Source: an uncultured virus (IMG/VR IMGVR_UViG_3300044670_002562) | Taxonomy: Duplodnaviria > Heunggongvirae > Uroviricota > Caudoviricetes | IMG/VR virus record: IMGVR_UViG_3300044670_002562 | Length of the DNA stretch: 20,000 bases | Strand: one strand, 5' to 3' | Part shown: in pieces, positions 1 to 8,821 of the stretch | How positions within the stretch are numbered: the stretch's first letter is position 1 | Layout of the letters: every line of letters starts with the position of its first letter | Notes under the pieces: generated by a model | The model's input: only the letters and a program-made list of their open reading frames with translations | What the model was told of the DNA's origin: nothing | Database searches by the model: none | Position numbers and translations under genes: made by a program

Positions 1-396
1 AGCCACTATTCTGCCTGGGCTCTGTCTGTTTGTCATGCCAGCAGTAGCTGCCTTTATGATCTGGGTAGGCGCTATCAGGTTGACCATCAGCATGTGCTTC
101 CAATCGCTATCTCTATATTGCTCTGGCCACGCTCTGTCGAACACTCCTGCGCATATAACAACGACGTCTATAGGGCGCGTGCTTATTTTGCGACATGCCG
201 AATCTACACTATCCTGTGACGCTAGGTCCAGCTCTATCTGCTCGGTGACTTGTTCGGGTATTTCGTCTCCAGGGCCTACGGATCTAAAAGTCCCTATGAC
301 TGTGTCGCCGTTTGCTCTAAACTCTTCGGCGACAGCTTTACCTATGCCGGACGCTGCTCCTACGACCAAGGCTACTCGTTTTCCTTGAGTATTCAT
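1..396 (-). CDS. SDR-family NAD(P)-dependent oxidoreductase, partial (runs off the window start)
   Basis: Not in the ORF track. Manual translation from ATG at 396, which overlaps the TAA of the upstream SDR: MNTQGKRVALVVGAASGIGKAVAEEF...LDLAS...IDVVVICAG...MVNLIAP...GRIVA. Has the Rossmann GxxxGIG motif and typical SDR segments. Confidence 0.9.
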   Translation of the reverse strand, partial: MNTQGKRVALVVGAASGIGKAVAEEFRANGDTVIGTFRSVGPGDEIPEQVTEQIELDLASQDSVDSACRKISTRPIDVVVICAGVFDRAWPEQYRDSDWKHMLMVNLIAPTQIIKAATAGMTNRQSPGRIVA

Positions 397-1124
397 TATA
401 CTATGACAAAACCTCCGTCTACGATTATATCCTGCCCTGTTATATGGCCGGCCTTGTCAGATACTAGAAATCTAACCACCTCGGCTATTTCTGCGGGGCG
501 CGCCATCCTTTCTAGGGGTATCTCTCTGCATAGGGCCTTTCTGTCCTCTTCGGATAGCATAGCCCGAGTCAATTCCGTATCTGTAAAACCGGGACAGACA
601 TTGTTTACTGACACATCGTAAGGAGCTAGCTCCAAGGCTACCTCTTTTGTAAATGCCGATAAGCCTGCCTTTGAGGCTGAGTACGACGCGCGCGTGCTTC
701 GAGATACTGTCCCAAATATAGAGCCTATATTTACTATCCTGCCTTTTTTTGCAGCCCGCATCTTAGGGACAACTGCTTTAGTGACTCGCATAGGTCCGGA
801 CAAATTTACAGACAGTATCTTATCCAGAGTACCGGTGGTCAGGTCTAGTATCCCCTGCCTCTCGTTTATACCTGCGTTGTTCACTACCACGTCCCATCGC
901 ATCTGGTATATAAAATCCGGAAGCCGGCTATTAAGTAGATCTAGTTTTTTGTAGTCAGCGCCCTCTATTCTGCCCTTATCCGACAAGTCCGAAGTCCCTG
1001 TATACGTGACTAGATATCCAGCATCTTGTAGGCATTCGACGATAGCTTTACCTATGCCTCTAGTGCCTCCTGTGACTAGCGCTAGCCGAGGAGGGCTAGC
1101 GCTACTATCTATTGAATCTAGCAT
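396..1124 (-). CDS. Classical SDR-family oxidoreductase (FabG-like)
   Basis: TGGTRGIG, NNAG, catalytic S...YSASK, PGFTDT and C-terminal ITGQDIIVDGG motifs. Confidence 0.93.
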   Translation of the reverse strand: MLDSIDSSASPPRLALVTGGTRGIGKAIVECLQDAGYLVTYTGTSDLSDKGRIEGADYKKLDLLNSRLPDFIYQMRWDVVVNNAGINERQGILDLTTGTLDKILSVNLSGPMRVTKAVVPKMRAAKKGRIVNIGSIFGTVSRSTRASYSASKAGLSAFTKEVALELAPYDVSVNNVCPGFTDTELTRAMLSEEDRKALCREIPLERMARPAEIAEVVRFLVSDKAGHITGQDIIVDGGFVIV

Positions 1125-2035
1125 ACGTATTCTGATTCCTCTACGCAGTGTGCGTGCAGCTCCTCTGCCAGCTCGTCAAATGTAGGAACATCTGGGTAGC
1201 CCGCCATCTCCCATAGGAGGGCATGCTCTGCAGGGGCGTCCGTGCCTACCCGCACAGATTCTTCAGCGCTCCCCGGGCGCTGTGTATCGACCACCGACAT
1301 GCGCTCTTGCCTAAAATGAGAGATAAGCGATACTGCTTGGTCGAATACGCTAGTGACGCCTTCCGACATGAGGTGGCGTAGATTGTCTATTTGCTCTCTC
1401 TTCGCCTCGTCTCGGATGAGCCCCCTAACAATCTTAGCAAAGGCGAGAGTCGTTATGGGCTGAGAGTATGTATCCTTTGCTACGTCCAGGACGGACTCTG
1501 TCTCATAGATAGTGTCTAGCAGATTTCCCGGGATACGAGGTCCTATGATATCTGCTCTGAGATGGTAGACTCCCTTTGTGCTCACTTCTCCGATCGCGCT
1601 CGATCTTCCGTATACTGTCGTAGCGTCTGTCGCAGATGTCTCTGTCCGCAGGTCGCCACTTGGCTGAAATACCGCGTAAGACGACGGCTGAATAGTGATC
1701 GCCCCAATCCGGTTTACTTCCGAGGCTACGATGCGCGGCAATAGTGAGTTAAGGAGTAGCGCCTGCGCTATATCCTCCTCCGACTCCTCAGGAGGCGCAT
1801 AGAGGCAGTTGACGACCGCCTGCGGCTTGGCGGCCTCTAGCACCGCTTGCAGACGCTCTGTGCACGCTCCCCGGCCTGCTGGAGGCTTAAACAATAGGTT
1901 CCGACAATCGTCGGAACCTCGCAGCGTCCGGTCAGCGAATGTTACCCATGCCTGGGTATCTTGATCTCTTGCGAGAATCCGTACTATCTCGCGACCTATG
2001 CCGGACTCTCCGCCTAATACTAAAACGCTAATCAT
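1118..2035 (-). CDS. RmlD-like (dTDP-4-dehydrorhamnose reductase-like) extended SDR, catalytic Lys absent
   Basis: VLVLGGESGIG, PQAVVNC, LNSLLP, SSYAVF, YGRSSAIGE. GGAGG RBS upstream of the ATG. Confidence 0.72.
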   Translation of the reverse strand: MISVLVLGGESGIGREIVRILARDQDTQAWVTFADRTLRGSDDCRNLLFKPPAGRGACTERLQAVLEAAKPQAVVNCLYAPPEESEEDIAQALLLNSLLPRIVASEVNRIGAITIQPSSYAVFQPSGDLRTETSATDATTVYGRSSAIGEVSTKGVYHLRADIIGPRIPGNLLDTIYETESVLDVAKDTYSQPITTLAFAKIVRGLIRDEAKREQIDNLRHLMSEGVTSVFDQAVSLISHFRQERMSVVDTQRPGSAEESVRVGTDAPAEHALLWEMAGYPDVPTFDELAEELHAHCVEESEYVC

Positions 2036-2333
2036 ACTATTGTCCTCCTAGGTTGAGCTAGCTTCTAAACTTAATTCCGGCGAGGATAAGCCCGATATTA
2101 TTATCTTTGTGTCGCATGACTCTCGGGCCTCTTCAGGTAGCGTCATGCTGCATCGTAATCCGGCCGTGTAGTGATCTCAAGTAATCGTCCTATGCGTATG
2201 ATGGTACGTGAGGACGTTCGACAAGCTCTGTTACGGATAAACAGGTCAAGGTATATCGTCCATGTATTCGATAAGGGCTCGAGCGTACAGCTCACTGCTC
2301 CCCTTGTCCACGGACAGTTAATACTCATCGTCA

Positions 2334-2564
2334 TCATTGGTTATGCCTGCGGTCCCACTTCTCCAATGCATCCGCGCGATTATTGCCGGTTTGGGCTACA
2401 GCGCACTGATAGTTTGAGCAGCGGAATTCGTATGCATTCACCGCGCCAATCATAATTGCAGAATGGCGCTCTATCGCGTCAGCGCCGCAAAAAGGGCATG
2501 GTCTCGCACAACCCTCCGGTGCAGCTAATTCGCTATCGCTCATGACTGACCTCGGCGATATCAC
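2334..2564 (-). CDS. Lar-family (restriction alleviation-like) zinc-binding protein
   Basis: RPCPFCG...FRCSNYQC...ADALEKWDRR matches the PCPFCG/CxxC/A.xxWNxR pattern of the family. The true start may be the ATG at 2543. Confidence 0.75.
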   Translation of the reverse strand: MISPRSVMSDSELAAPEGCARPCPFCGADAIERHSAIMIGAVNAYEFRCSNYQCAVAQTGNNRADALEKWDRRHNQ

Positions 2565-4321
2565 TCGCCGTCCGGTGCGGCTTGGTCAGCGTCTGCTTTA
2601 TCTTTAGCGGCTTTCGCCTCTGCTAGCTTCGCTCTGATTTCCGCGGCTTTAGCCTTAGCCTTCTCCGCCTCCTTCTTACGACGCTCCGCCGCATCCGCCT
2701 CTAGCTGCTCCCTGTTATCGATAGCGTGCTGGATCTTCTCCTGTACTGCGGGAGGCTTCTCGAACTCTTTAATCTTCCACTCCTTAGGATCTTCTGCGGA
2801 GAAGTCGTAGGAGTCTTGATACATGCGCACCTTATCCAGTACGCTGTCCACAGTAATCATGTCCATACACTTAGGGATGATCTGACCGGATTCTGCTACA
2901 ACCGGCATATGACATAGCTTAGACCCGTCCTCGCTGTCGTAATCCTTCTCATCGCCGTCAAGTAGGGGTTCTACTCGAGATTTCCAGCACCCTCCGTGCG
3001 AGTTGCACGGCAGCGCTCCGCATGTGTGCATATACTGGTGATGAGAGTAGGCTTCCCACATCGTAGGTTCTCTACCTCCTGCGATGACAACGCACGGTCG
3101 GGTGAGCCTCTTATATCTGGGGTGCATCTCTACGGCCGCAGCTAAGTGCATAGGGTACGAGATAGGCGTAACGACGCCGGCAGCGTGATACATCAATCGT
3201 ATAAACTGCCGGTGCGTGGTCTTGCCTCGGAGGTCTATGACATTATCTCCCTCCAGTGTCGGGTGATAATGCAGAGGATTATCCGCCCCTACTTGGACCC
3301 AGGTGATATCGGGCGTACGAGTCACTAGCTCTTGGAAGCGAGAAACCTCCCAGAGCTTGGCAGTATAGTCATTCTTGCGCCCAGCATCGATTATCCAGAA
3401 GGGAATATCCTTTCCTGCGATCTCATGCACCTGAGAGTACCATGCCTTCTCCTGCTCGGAGAGGTAGATAGCTCCGTGAGCCGATGTCTGATCGATAGGA
3501 AGCCCTAGCTTAGCCTCTAGGTCCTTACGGAATCCGTGACAGAAGTGATGGGCACCGGCGTTGGAGGTGTTCACCAGGTTATACTCCATACGCACCCACA
3601 TAGCCTCCGGATCGGAGTCCTCGATGTGCGTATGGTTCGGGTTATTCTCCCATAGCTCGTGCGCAGCTGTGCGCATACATGTGATGAACTTGCCCGGATA
3701 TGACCTGTGTAGGTCATCTACTGCTCTGGTTAGCATGATGAGATCTCCCGGGCTCTGGTGCTGGGAGATGAAGAGCTTAACCGGTGTCTTGCACTCCTCT
3801 AGTATACTAGGGGCACCTGCGGGGCGAGGAGACAGGACCATCTTATTGAGGGCAGCTGCGTGTTCCATGAATGCGGACAACGCTGTGCGCCCAGGCAGAC
3901 CGTCAGAGCTTGTCGCATCCGCTGGCGATACGGGGATATTCTTTGTGCTCTTCGGCAGTTTAGCGGTTTTCGCCACCAGCCGGTCTCGCCGAAGGATCTC
4001 TGTGTAGCGCTGCTCGATCTGCACTCTGGGGGGCTTACTAGGCCTCGGCCCTGTCCGCGTGGCGGCTTGTGCCCCTTTGCGCACGAACTCCACTTTCCCT
4101 GCCTTCAGCTTCTCGACAAAGTCCGGAGATACTTGGATCTTCTTAGACTTAAGGGAGTCTACGGGCACGCCTAGTTTATTCGACAGAAGAGTAAGAGCCT
4201 CTCCATCTAATAGCGTGGTCGGCTCCTCGTTTGCCGAACCAGCCGACACAGGCGGCACCTCTGCCTCATTAGCCGCAGGGACTAGCTTCAGCGCATTAGA
4301 GTTTATAAGCACGTCCGACAT
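2561..4321 (-). CDS. Glycosyltransferase family 9 (ADP-heptose:LPS heptosyltransferase-like) with long N-terminal extension and Ala/Lys-rich coiled-coil C-terminus
   Basis: SPGDLIMLT...LHRSYP, LWENNP, KLW...FQEL, VIDLRGKT...FIRLMYHA.GVV...PMHLAAA, CMDMITVDSV are GT9-type segments. Confidence 0.82.
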   Translation of the reverse strand: MSDVLINSNALKLVPAANEAEVPPVSAGSANEEPTTLLDGEALTLLSNKLGVPVDSLKSKKIQVSPDFVEKLKAGKVEFVRKGAQAATRTGPRPSKPPRVQIEQRYTEILRRDRLVAKTAKLPKSTKNIPVSPADATSSDGLPGRTALSAFMEHAAALNKMVLSPRPAGAPSILEECKTPVKLFISQHQSPGDLIMLTRAVDDLHRSYPGKFITCMRTAAHELWENNPNHTHIEDSDPEAMWVRMEYNLVNTSNAGAHHFCHGFRKDLEAKLGLPIDQTSAHGAIYLSEQEKAWYSQVHEIAGKDIPFWIIDAGRKNDYTAKLWEVSRFQELVTRTPDITWVQVGADNPLHYHPTLEGDNVIDLRGKTTHRQFIRLMYHAAGVVTPISYPMHLAAAVEMHPRYKRLTRPCVVIAGGREPTMWEAYSHHQYMHTCGALPCNSHGGCWKSRVEPLLDGDEKDYDSEDGSKLCHMPVVAESGQIIPKCMDMITVDSVLDKVRMYQDSYDFSAEDPKEWKIKEFEKPPAVQEKIQHAIDNREQLEADAAERRKKEAEKAKAKAAEIRAKLAEAKAAKDKADADQAAPDGE

Positions 4322-5014
4322 CTATTGCTCTCTGTTCTCTAAGTGCTGCTTACGGAGGGCCTGCCCCTCCTTAATAACCTCTATGTAGTCATCGAGCCTA
4401 CGTAGAAGCGGCGCGGCGTTAATTGTGGTTGGCCAGAATCCCTCCTCTGCCCACTCCGTAACGACCGCTCGACGCAACTCCGGTGAGAGGCCCGCCAAGA
4501 CTGCTATCATGCCCTGAAACTCGCTGTCTCGCTCTTCTAGGGGCCGTATGCCGATCGCCATCCGAGGGACAGTGAACAAGTAGCAGAAGTACGACTGTAC
4601 GAAGAACGAGCAGAACACCGAGTAGATCTCTTTGCCTCTGTTATGGGAGCGGATCTCCTCGTACATCTGCCTGAAGTATGCGATTCCTTGTAGGTTGTCG
4701 GCTACGGATTCGTTCCATACCTTAGCGATTAGCTGCCCGACGCAGTCCAATAGCTCGAGCGCCTCCTCGTCTTCCTTATACAGGAGCTGGGAGGCGGCTT
4801 GTAGGCTCTCCTTCATAAGGAAGGGCATACAGTGTCCGATATCCCGATGCACGGGATCGCAGACAACCTCGGCAACGGCGGACTTTACTCCGGCGAAGGA
4901 AGTAGCGTACTTGCCCGTGCTATCAAGTAGCTGAGTGTTGCGAACATGCGCGGCGCCGCTCCAGTCTCCCTTAGGAGGCGTTGGGGTCGCTGTGTCTGTA
5001 GATGTATTTTCCAT
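4322..5014 (-). CDS. Hypothetical protein (230 aa, mainly helical)
   Basis: Long ORF abutting the GT9 start, with a GGGAG RBS. Overlaps the upstream gene by 44 bp. Confidence 0.75.
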   Translation of the reverse strand: MENTSTDTATPTPPKGDWSGAAHVRNTQLLDSTGKYATSFAGVKSAVAEVVCDPVHRDIGHCMPFLMKESLQAASQLLYKEDEEALELLDCVGQLIAKVWNESVADNLQGIAYFRQMYEEIRSHNRGKEIYSVFCSFFVQSYFCYLFTVPRMAIGIRPLEERDSEFQGMIAVLAGLSPELRRAVVTEWAEEGFWPTTINAAPLLRRLDDYIEVIKEGQALRKQHLENREQ

Positions 5015-6308
5015 GATGGTCTCCCTTAATTGTACGTAGCTGGACTACGTTCTTATGCGGTAGGTACTTGCTCCAAATAGGAGCGAGGTCTTTTGGCGAA
5101 TCTAGCGCTACCTGCTCGAATAGAGCATATAGCGGACGGACTATGGCGTTCTTTTTACAGCTAGAGCATCCGGCTGACTTTGCGGCTGTTTCGAGATCTT
5201 TTTCTATCTTCTGCAGAACATCTGCAGGGAATAGGTTCGGTGCTTCGTCCCTAAACTTAGGAACGAGCGCTACCAGGTCGGATGGGCGAACTACTTTGTT
5301 CTTAGTGCGTTCTTGCTGGGAGAGCTCTTTCCGCACATCCGCAGCAGATGTCTTAAAGATATCCGATAACGTCAGGTCTTTAGCGAAGGACGTCTGGTAT
5401 CTGCAATGCTCTAGTAAATGTGCTGCTGGGTATACCGGGATCTCGAAGGGAGAGCTATCTATTGCCGATATGCGGATACCGATCTCCGAGAACTTCTGGA
5501 AGATAGTAGGGAATATCTGCTTTAGACTGGTGTAGGTTTTGCGCTTTCTGTCTGCGTCCTCCTTGCTTGGGATATCTCCCGAGAAGTAGAAATCCGATAG
5601 CTCGGTAGATAGATCTACCCCGGAAAGTACGATATTACTGAATCCTAGGGCTGCCGCTAAGGACATGCCTATGGTTATCGACGTGCGTACTCTCATAAAG
5701 GACAACTCCCTAGGCTCGGAGAGGAAGGCCTCTACTGTGCCGGAGAACGCCTTAATGGATAGATTGGCAGGAAGCTGCTTAGGGGTGATAGAGAGCTGCC
5801 TATTGCGACGGAAGTCGTATAGGGGCTTATCGTAGAACTGCTCCAGTATAAAGGATATCGTATGCTGGCTGCTGAACGCTGCTGGGTGATACGATAGGAC
5901 GTCTCTTGTCCCTATCCAATAGTCCGCAAACGGAACTGCGGCGATGGCATTGCCTAGCGCGATAATAGGGATCCCTAGCTTATGTGCTTCCTCTAGGCGG
6001 GCCGGGCTGAGGCTAGGCCCGGCTCCCGCTATTACGCACATCCCGTCTGCGTGAACAGGCGGAATACTTATAGGAGATAGCGCCTCCACGCGCTTTCGGA
6101 AGAGCTTGCCCTGGTCTACGGCCTCGTCATTGTAGCTCAGGGTATCTCTATGGGCTCCTACTTCTATTACAATAAGATCGTCAAACTTCTTAGTTTCTTC
6201 AAACAGCTCCCGTTTAGGGGTACCCGCCTCGGCCGAGGCTAGGAGTACGCGCATATCTCTGCTATGTACGAATCCGGGGCGCATACCGTATCTAGTTGCT
6301 TTACTCAT
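4971..6308 (-). CDS. MptE/Maf (DUF115)-like Rossmann-fold protein, putative glycosyltransferase-associated, with C-terminal CxxC
   Basis: CVIAGAGPSL, IPIIALGNA, AAALGFSNIVLSGVDL, and GCSSCKK near the C-terminus. Confidence 0.65.
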   Translation of the reverse strand: MSKATRYGMRPGFVHSRDMRVLLASAEAGTPKRELFEETKKFDDLIVIEVGAHRDTLSYNDEAVDQGKLFRKRVEALSPISIPPVHADGMCVIAGAGPSLSPARLEEAHKLGIPIIALGNAIAAVPFADYWIGTRDVLSYHPAAFSSQHTISFILEQFYDKPLYDFRRNRQLSITPKQLPANLSIKAFSGTVEAFLSEPRELSFMRVRTSITIGMSLAAALGFSNIVLSGVDLSTELSDFYFSGDIPSKEDADRKRKTYTSLKQIFPTIFQKFSEIGIRISAIDSSPFEIPVYPAAHLLEHCRYQTSFAKDLTLSDIFKTSAADVRKELSQQERTKNKVVRPSDLVALVPKFRDEAPNLFPADVLQKIEKDLETAAKSAGCSSCKKNAIVRPLYALFEQVALDSPKDLAPIWSKYLPHKNVVQLRTIKGDHHGKYIYRHSDPNAS

Positions 6309-6474
6309 GCCTATGCCTTTTCTTAGTTGGGTCGCTCTCTCGGATCTCTATAGAGGCGAATCGCACATCACAGGATGTGCAATGGCGTTCCCTAAGAACC
6401 TTGCAGTCTCCTTTCTCGGAGTACGCTGCTGTGCTGAGGACCTTGGTCCGTTGTCCACAATCTCTACACTTCAT
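6301..6474 (-). CDS. Stand-alone NrdR-like N-terminal zinc-ribbon protein (57 aa)
   Basis: Below the ORF-track cutoff. Manual translation MKCRDCGQRTKVLSTAAYSEKGDCKVLRERHCTSCDVRFASIEIRESDPTKKRHRHE follows the MxCxxC..TKV....RxRxCxxC..RFxxxE pattern. No ATP cone. Confidence 0.75.
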   Translation of the reverse strand: MKCRDCGQRTKVLSTAAYSEKGDCKVLRERHCTSCDVRFASIEIRESDPTKKRHRHE

Positions 6475-6480
6475 ATGTAT

Positions 6481-6663
6481 TCACGTTGAAATAGCACACG
6501 TATTCTGATTCTCTTTCAGAGCCTTGTCAACTACTGTAGGTACGTGTAAGTCCTCCGACACATCCAGGGGATTTACGATAGTCGGGCCGTGAGGCTTCTC
6601 CATCAAGGCGTCGGCCTTCTCCTCTTTAGCTATAGCTGAGCTATCTTTGTCTGCGGTATCCAT
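6481..6663 (-). CDS. Hypothetical protein (60 aa)
   Basis: GGAGG RBS, first gene after the terminator and putative promoter. Confidence 0.6.
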   Translation of the reverse strand: MDTADKDSSAIAKEEKADALMEKPHGPTIVNPLDVSEDLHVPTVVDKALKENQNTCAIST

Positions 6664-6695
6664 ATACCCTCCACATATTCTGTATATATGCAGTA

Positions 6696-6723
6696 ACGGT
6701 ATAGTATATCTCTAGCAGATCAA
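6696..6723 (-). promoter_or_regulatory. Putative sigma70-like promoter TTGATC-16-TACCGT
   Basis: Just downstream of a terminator. Shares TAYCGTTACT with the site at 7627-7655. Confidence 0.35.
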
Positions 6724-6733
6724 CTTAGACTAT

Positions 6734-6775
6734 AAAAAAAAAGCCCCCATCCCCCCTGCAGAGGGAATGGAGGAC
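6734..6775 (-). terminator. Rho-independent terminator
   Basis: On the - strand GTCCTCCATTCCCTC-TGCA-GGGGGGATGGGGGC (GU pairs) followed by T9. Confidence 0.7.
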
Positions 6776-6874
6776 TGGGAGGCGCTGGTCGGCTGACACA
6801 CACAAACAACAACAACCGCGCTCTCTGGGAGTACGTAAACTTAACCTGGTATTCTCATTATGTTCATCCTATAC

Positions 6875-6940
6875 AAAAAAAAAACCTCCTACTAGGGTGT
6901 CGCAGAGGGGAGGCAGTGCGGACAGGATCCTAGTAGGAGG
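6875..6940 (-). terminator. Rho-independent terminator with extended stem-loop
   Basis: Perfect 12 bp stem CCTCCTACTAGG/CCTAGTAGGAGG enclosing 32 nt, followed by T10. Confidence 0.75.
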
Positions 6941-7013
6941 ATTCGGGAGAAAAGGGCCCGATGTTTTCGGTTTATCTATGCTATATAGACTCCTACTCGC
7001 AAGGGGCTGATTG

Positions 7014-7589
7014 TTACGCCATCATGGCCTTCATCTTATTGCGCTGAGCAAGGCCCTGGATCAAAGCACCCAGAGAAGCTCCGCCGACACCCATGCCGAC
7101 GGCCTTGCCCAGGTTAACCCCTTCACCCTTTCGTGCGTCACCTGCCAAGGAAAGTCCTACACCGGTCGCGCCTCCGATCGTTGCGCCGGGAGCAAGGGAC
7201 GTCAGGATCTTCCTAATAGCCTCTCTGTTATCCCGAGCTGCAGGGGCTTCCGGAACGTCTGCTTCATACAGTGGAAGCTGCATAGGATCGACGCTAAGGT
7301 CGTCTTTTACCGGATCTATCTTCTTCACTTCCTGGCCCATGGTAAGGGAAGGAGTGCTCCACGGATCAGCGTCGTCGGTCGTCTCCGCAGGTTCACTCGG
7401 ACCCAGTTTAAGTTTCGGTACGCCGCCGAAGAGATTCTCGTTACTGAGAGCTCCACTCCCTACTTGACTGAGGGAAGCTGACGTGGGCTGGGTGTCGACG
7501 CCGTCAGTGCGGGCTGCCTGCTTGTGGAGGTAGCCGAGTTGGAAGCCTTGAGCGGGAATGCTGTCTGATGCGAATGTCTGGGTGGACAT
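7014..7589 (-). CDS. Hypothetical protein with leader-like motif and C-terminal glycine-zipper membrane hairpin
   Basis: AGGAG RBS. GFQLGYLHKQAA near the N-terminus and SLAPGATIGGATGVGLSL...GALIQ at the C-terminus. Confidence 0.8.
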   Translation of the reverse strand: MSTQTFASDSIPAQGFQLGYLHKQAARTDGVDTQPTSASLSQVGSGALSNENLFGGVPKLKLGPSEPAETTDDADPWSTPSLTMGQEVKKIDPVKDDLSVDPMQLPLYEADVPEAPAARDNREAIRKILTSLAPGATIGGATGVGLSLAGDARKGEGVNLGKAVGMGVGGASLGALIQGLAQRNKMKAMMA

Positions 7590-7626
7590 ATATGTCTCCT
7601 GGGTAGATAGATTATGTAGTCAAGTA

Positions 7627-7655
7627 ACGATAGCGTATAAAGATAGTCTGCGCAA
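7627..7655 (-). promoter_or_regulatory. Putative sigma70-like promoter TTGCGC-17-TATCGT
   Basis: Intergenic, upstream of 7014..7589. Shares TAYCGTTACT with the site at 6696-6723. Confidence 0.35.
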
Positions 7656-7748
7656 GTATAACCGTAGGTGTGTGCGGCTCCCTACTTTTTTTGGGTGCCC
7701 TACTCTAGACTAGGCGCTGGTATTTGTGTGGCCGAGGGAGCATCCTCT

Positions 7749-8252
7749 TTACTCTTTGGTGCTAGCGATCTTACTCCAATCGTGATCAGGATCTAAGCCC
7801 TGCTGCTGCTCCCACTCACGCATCTTGCCTCTGAGAGCCTTTACTAGTAAGGCAGACTTGCTGTCTTTATCTAGATCTGTTGTATAGTGCGCACTACCTC
7901 CCCCTAAGGGGTGGTCAGGATGGGACATAACAACGTGCATGTCTTTTACGCCTCTTTTCCTGGCTTCTTCCTCAATATATTTTATAAACTTATTTAGGTC
8001 GGGCTTTGGGCTTGCATGGTACACGTACTTGTCTTGCTCAGGGATTTTCTTAGGAAAAGCTGAAGATGGCATATGTATTCTAAATCCCGTAGGCTTGTGC
8101 GTTACACCTACAATGCCTTTGTCCCTACTGTCGATAGAGAAGTCCGAGGGGCTCTCTTGTATAAGCGAGCGGAGTATCGCGACCTTTCTAGGATAGTCGC
8201 GAACATCGCTATACGCTTTTGCTTTCTTTAGCTGCTGTAGGGCTGAGGGCAT
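7749..8252 (-). CDS. Hypothetical phage protein (167 aa)
   Basis: Long ORF co-oriented and tightly packed with its neighbours. Confidence 0.75.
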   Translation of the reverse strand: MPSALQQLKKAKAYSDVRDYPRKVAILRSLIQESPSDFSIDSRDKGIVGVTHKPTGFRIHMPSSAFPKKIPEQDKYVYHASPKPDLNKFIKYIEEEARKRGVKDMHVVMSHPDHPLGGGSAHYTTDLDKDSKSALLVKALRGKMREWEQQQGLDPDHDWSKIASTKE

Positions 8253-8263
8253 CGCAGGTACGT

Positions 8264-8821
8264 TTAGCTTATTTTACCGAAATCTATATATCCCTGCACA
8301 GCAGAGGGGAGCCGGGACGAGGAGATACTTTCTTCTCTATCCTTAGTAACTCCTTGATAGGCTAGCTGTAGAAGCGCTCCGGCAGGTGCTCCCATCATCG
8401 CGGCAAGGAGAGCGCGTCTGACGCTGAGGCCCTTCTTAGATGCAGCGTCCACCAACAAGGAGATCCCTGTGCCGGCAGTGGCCCCTATTGCTGCTCCAGG
8501 GGCAAGAGACTTAGCTTTTGCCGTATATGTCTTTGGTTCTGGGTCGCCTTTGCGGTTGTAGCGCTGGACGTCTGCGTGCGCTCCTACGACTATGGGATCG
8601 TCCTTGCCTATTTCTTCCTCTCCTACTAGCTGTCGAACAGCTGCCGCTACCACAGGAGATCTGCTGGGTCTCTTTGCCCCGGAATCTATGATGTCGGTGT
8701 CCTTTACATTGCTTGGCCCTTTTAAGACATTGGCTAATGTAATGTCGTCAAGTTTGGGGACTTTGTCTATATCTCTTAGGAAGACTCCAGAACTGCTGGG
8801 GTTTATATCTGTATTGCTCAT
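8264..8821 (-). CDS. Hypothetical protein, paralogous glycine-zipper domain to 7014..7589
   Basis: SLAPGAAIGATAGTGISL...GALLQ. Start overlaps the upstream stop (TAATG). Confidence 0.8.
   Translation of the reverse strand: MSNTDINPSSSGVFLRDIDKVPKLDDITLANVLKGPSNVKDTDIIDSGAKRPSRSPVVAAAVRQLVGEEEIGKDDPIVVGAHADVQRYNRKGDPEPKTYTAKAKSLAPGAAIGATAGTGISLLVDAASKKGLSVRRALLAAMMGAPAGALLQLAYQGVTKDREESISSSRLPSAVQGYIDFGKIS

Noticed and set aside
2143..2337. 64 aa minus-strand ORF after the Lar-like gene
   Set aside because: Its start overlaps the Lar-like stop, so it may be real, but it has no motif and competing short frames exist. Not supported enough to call.
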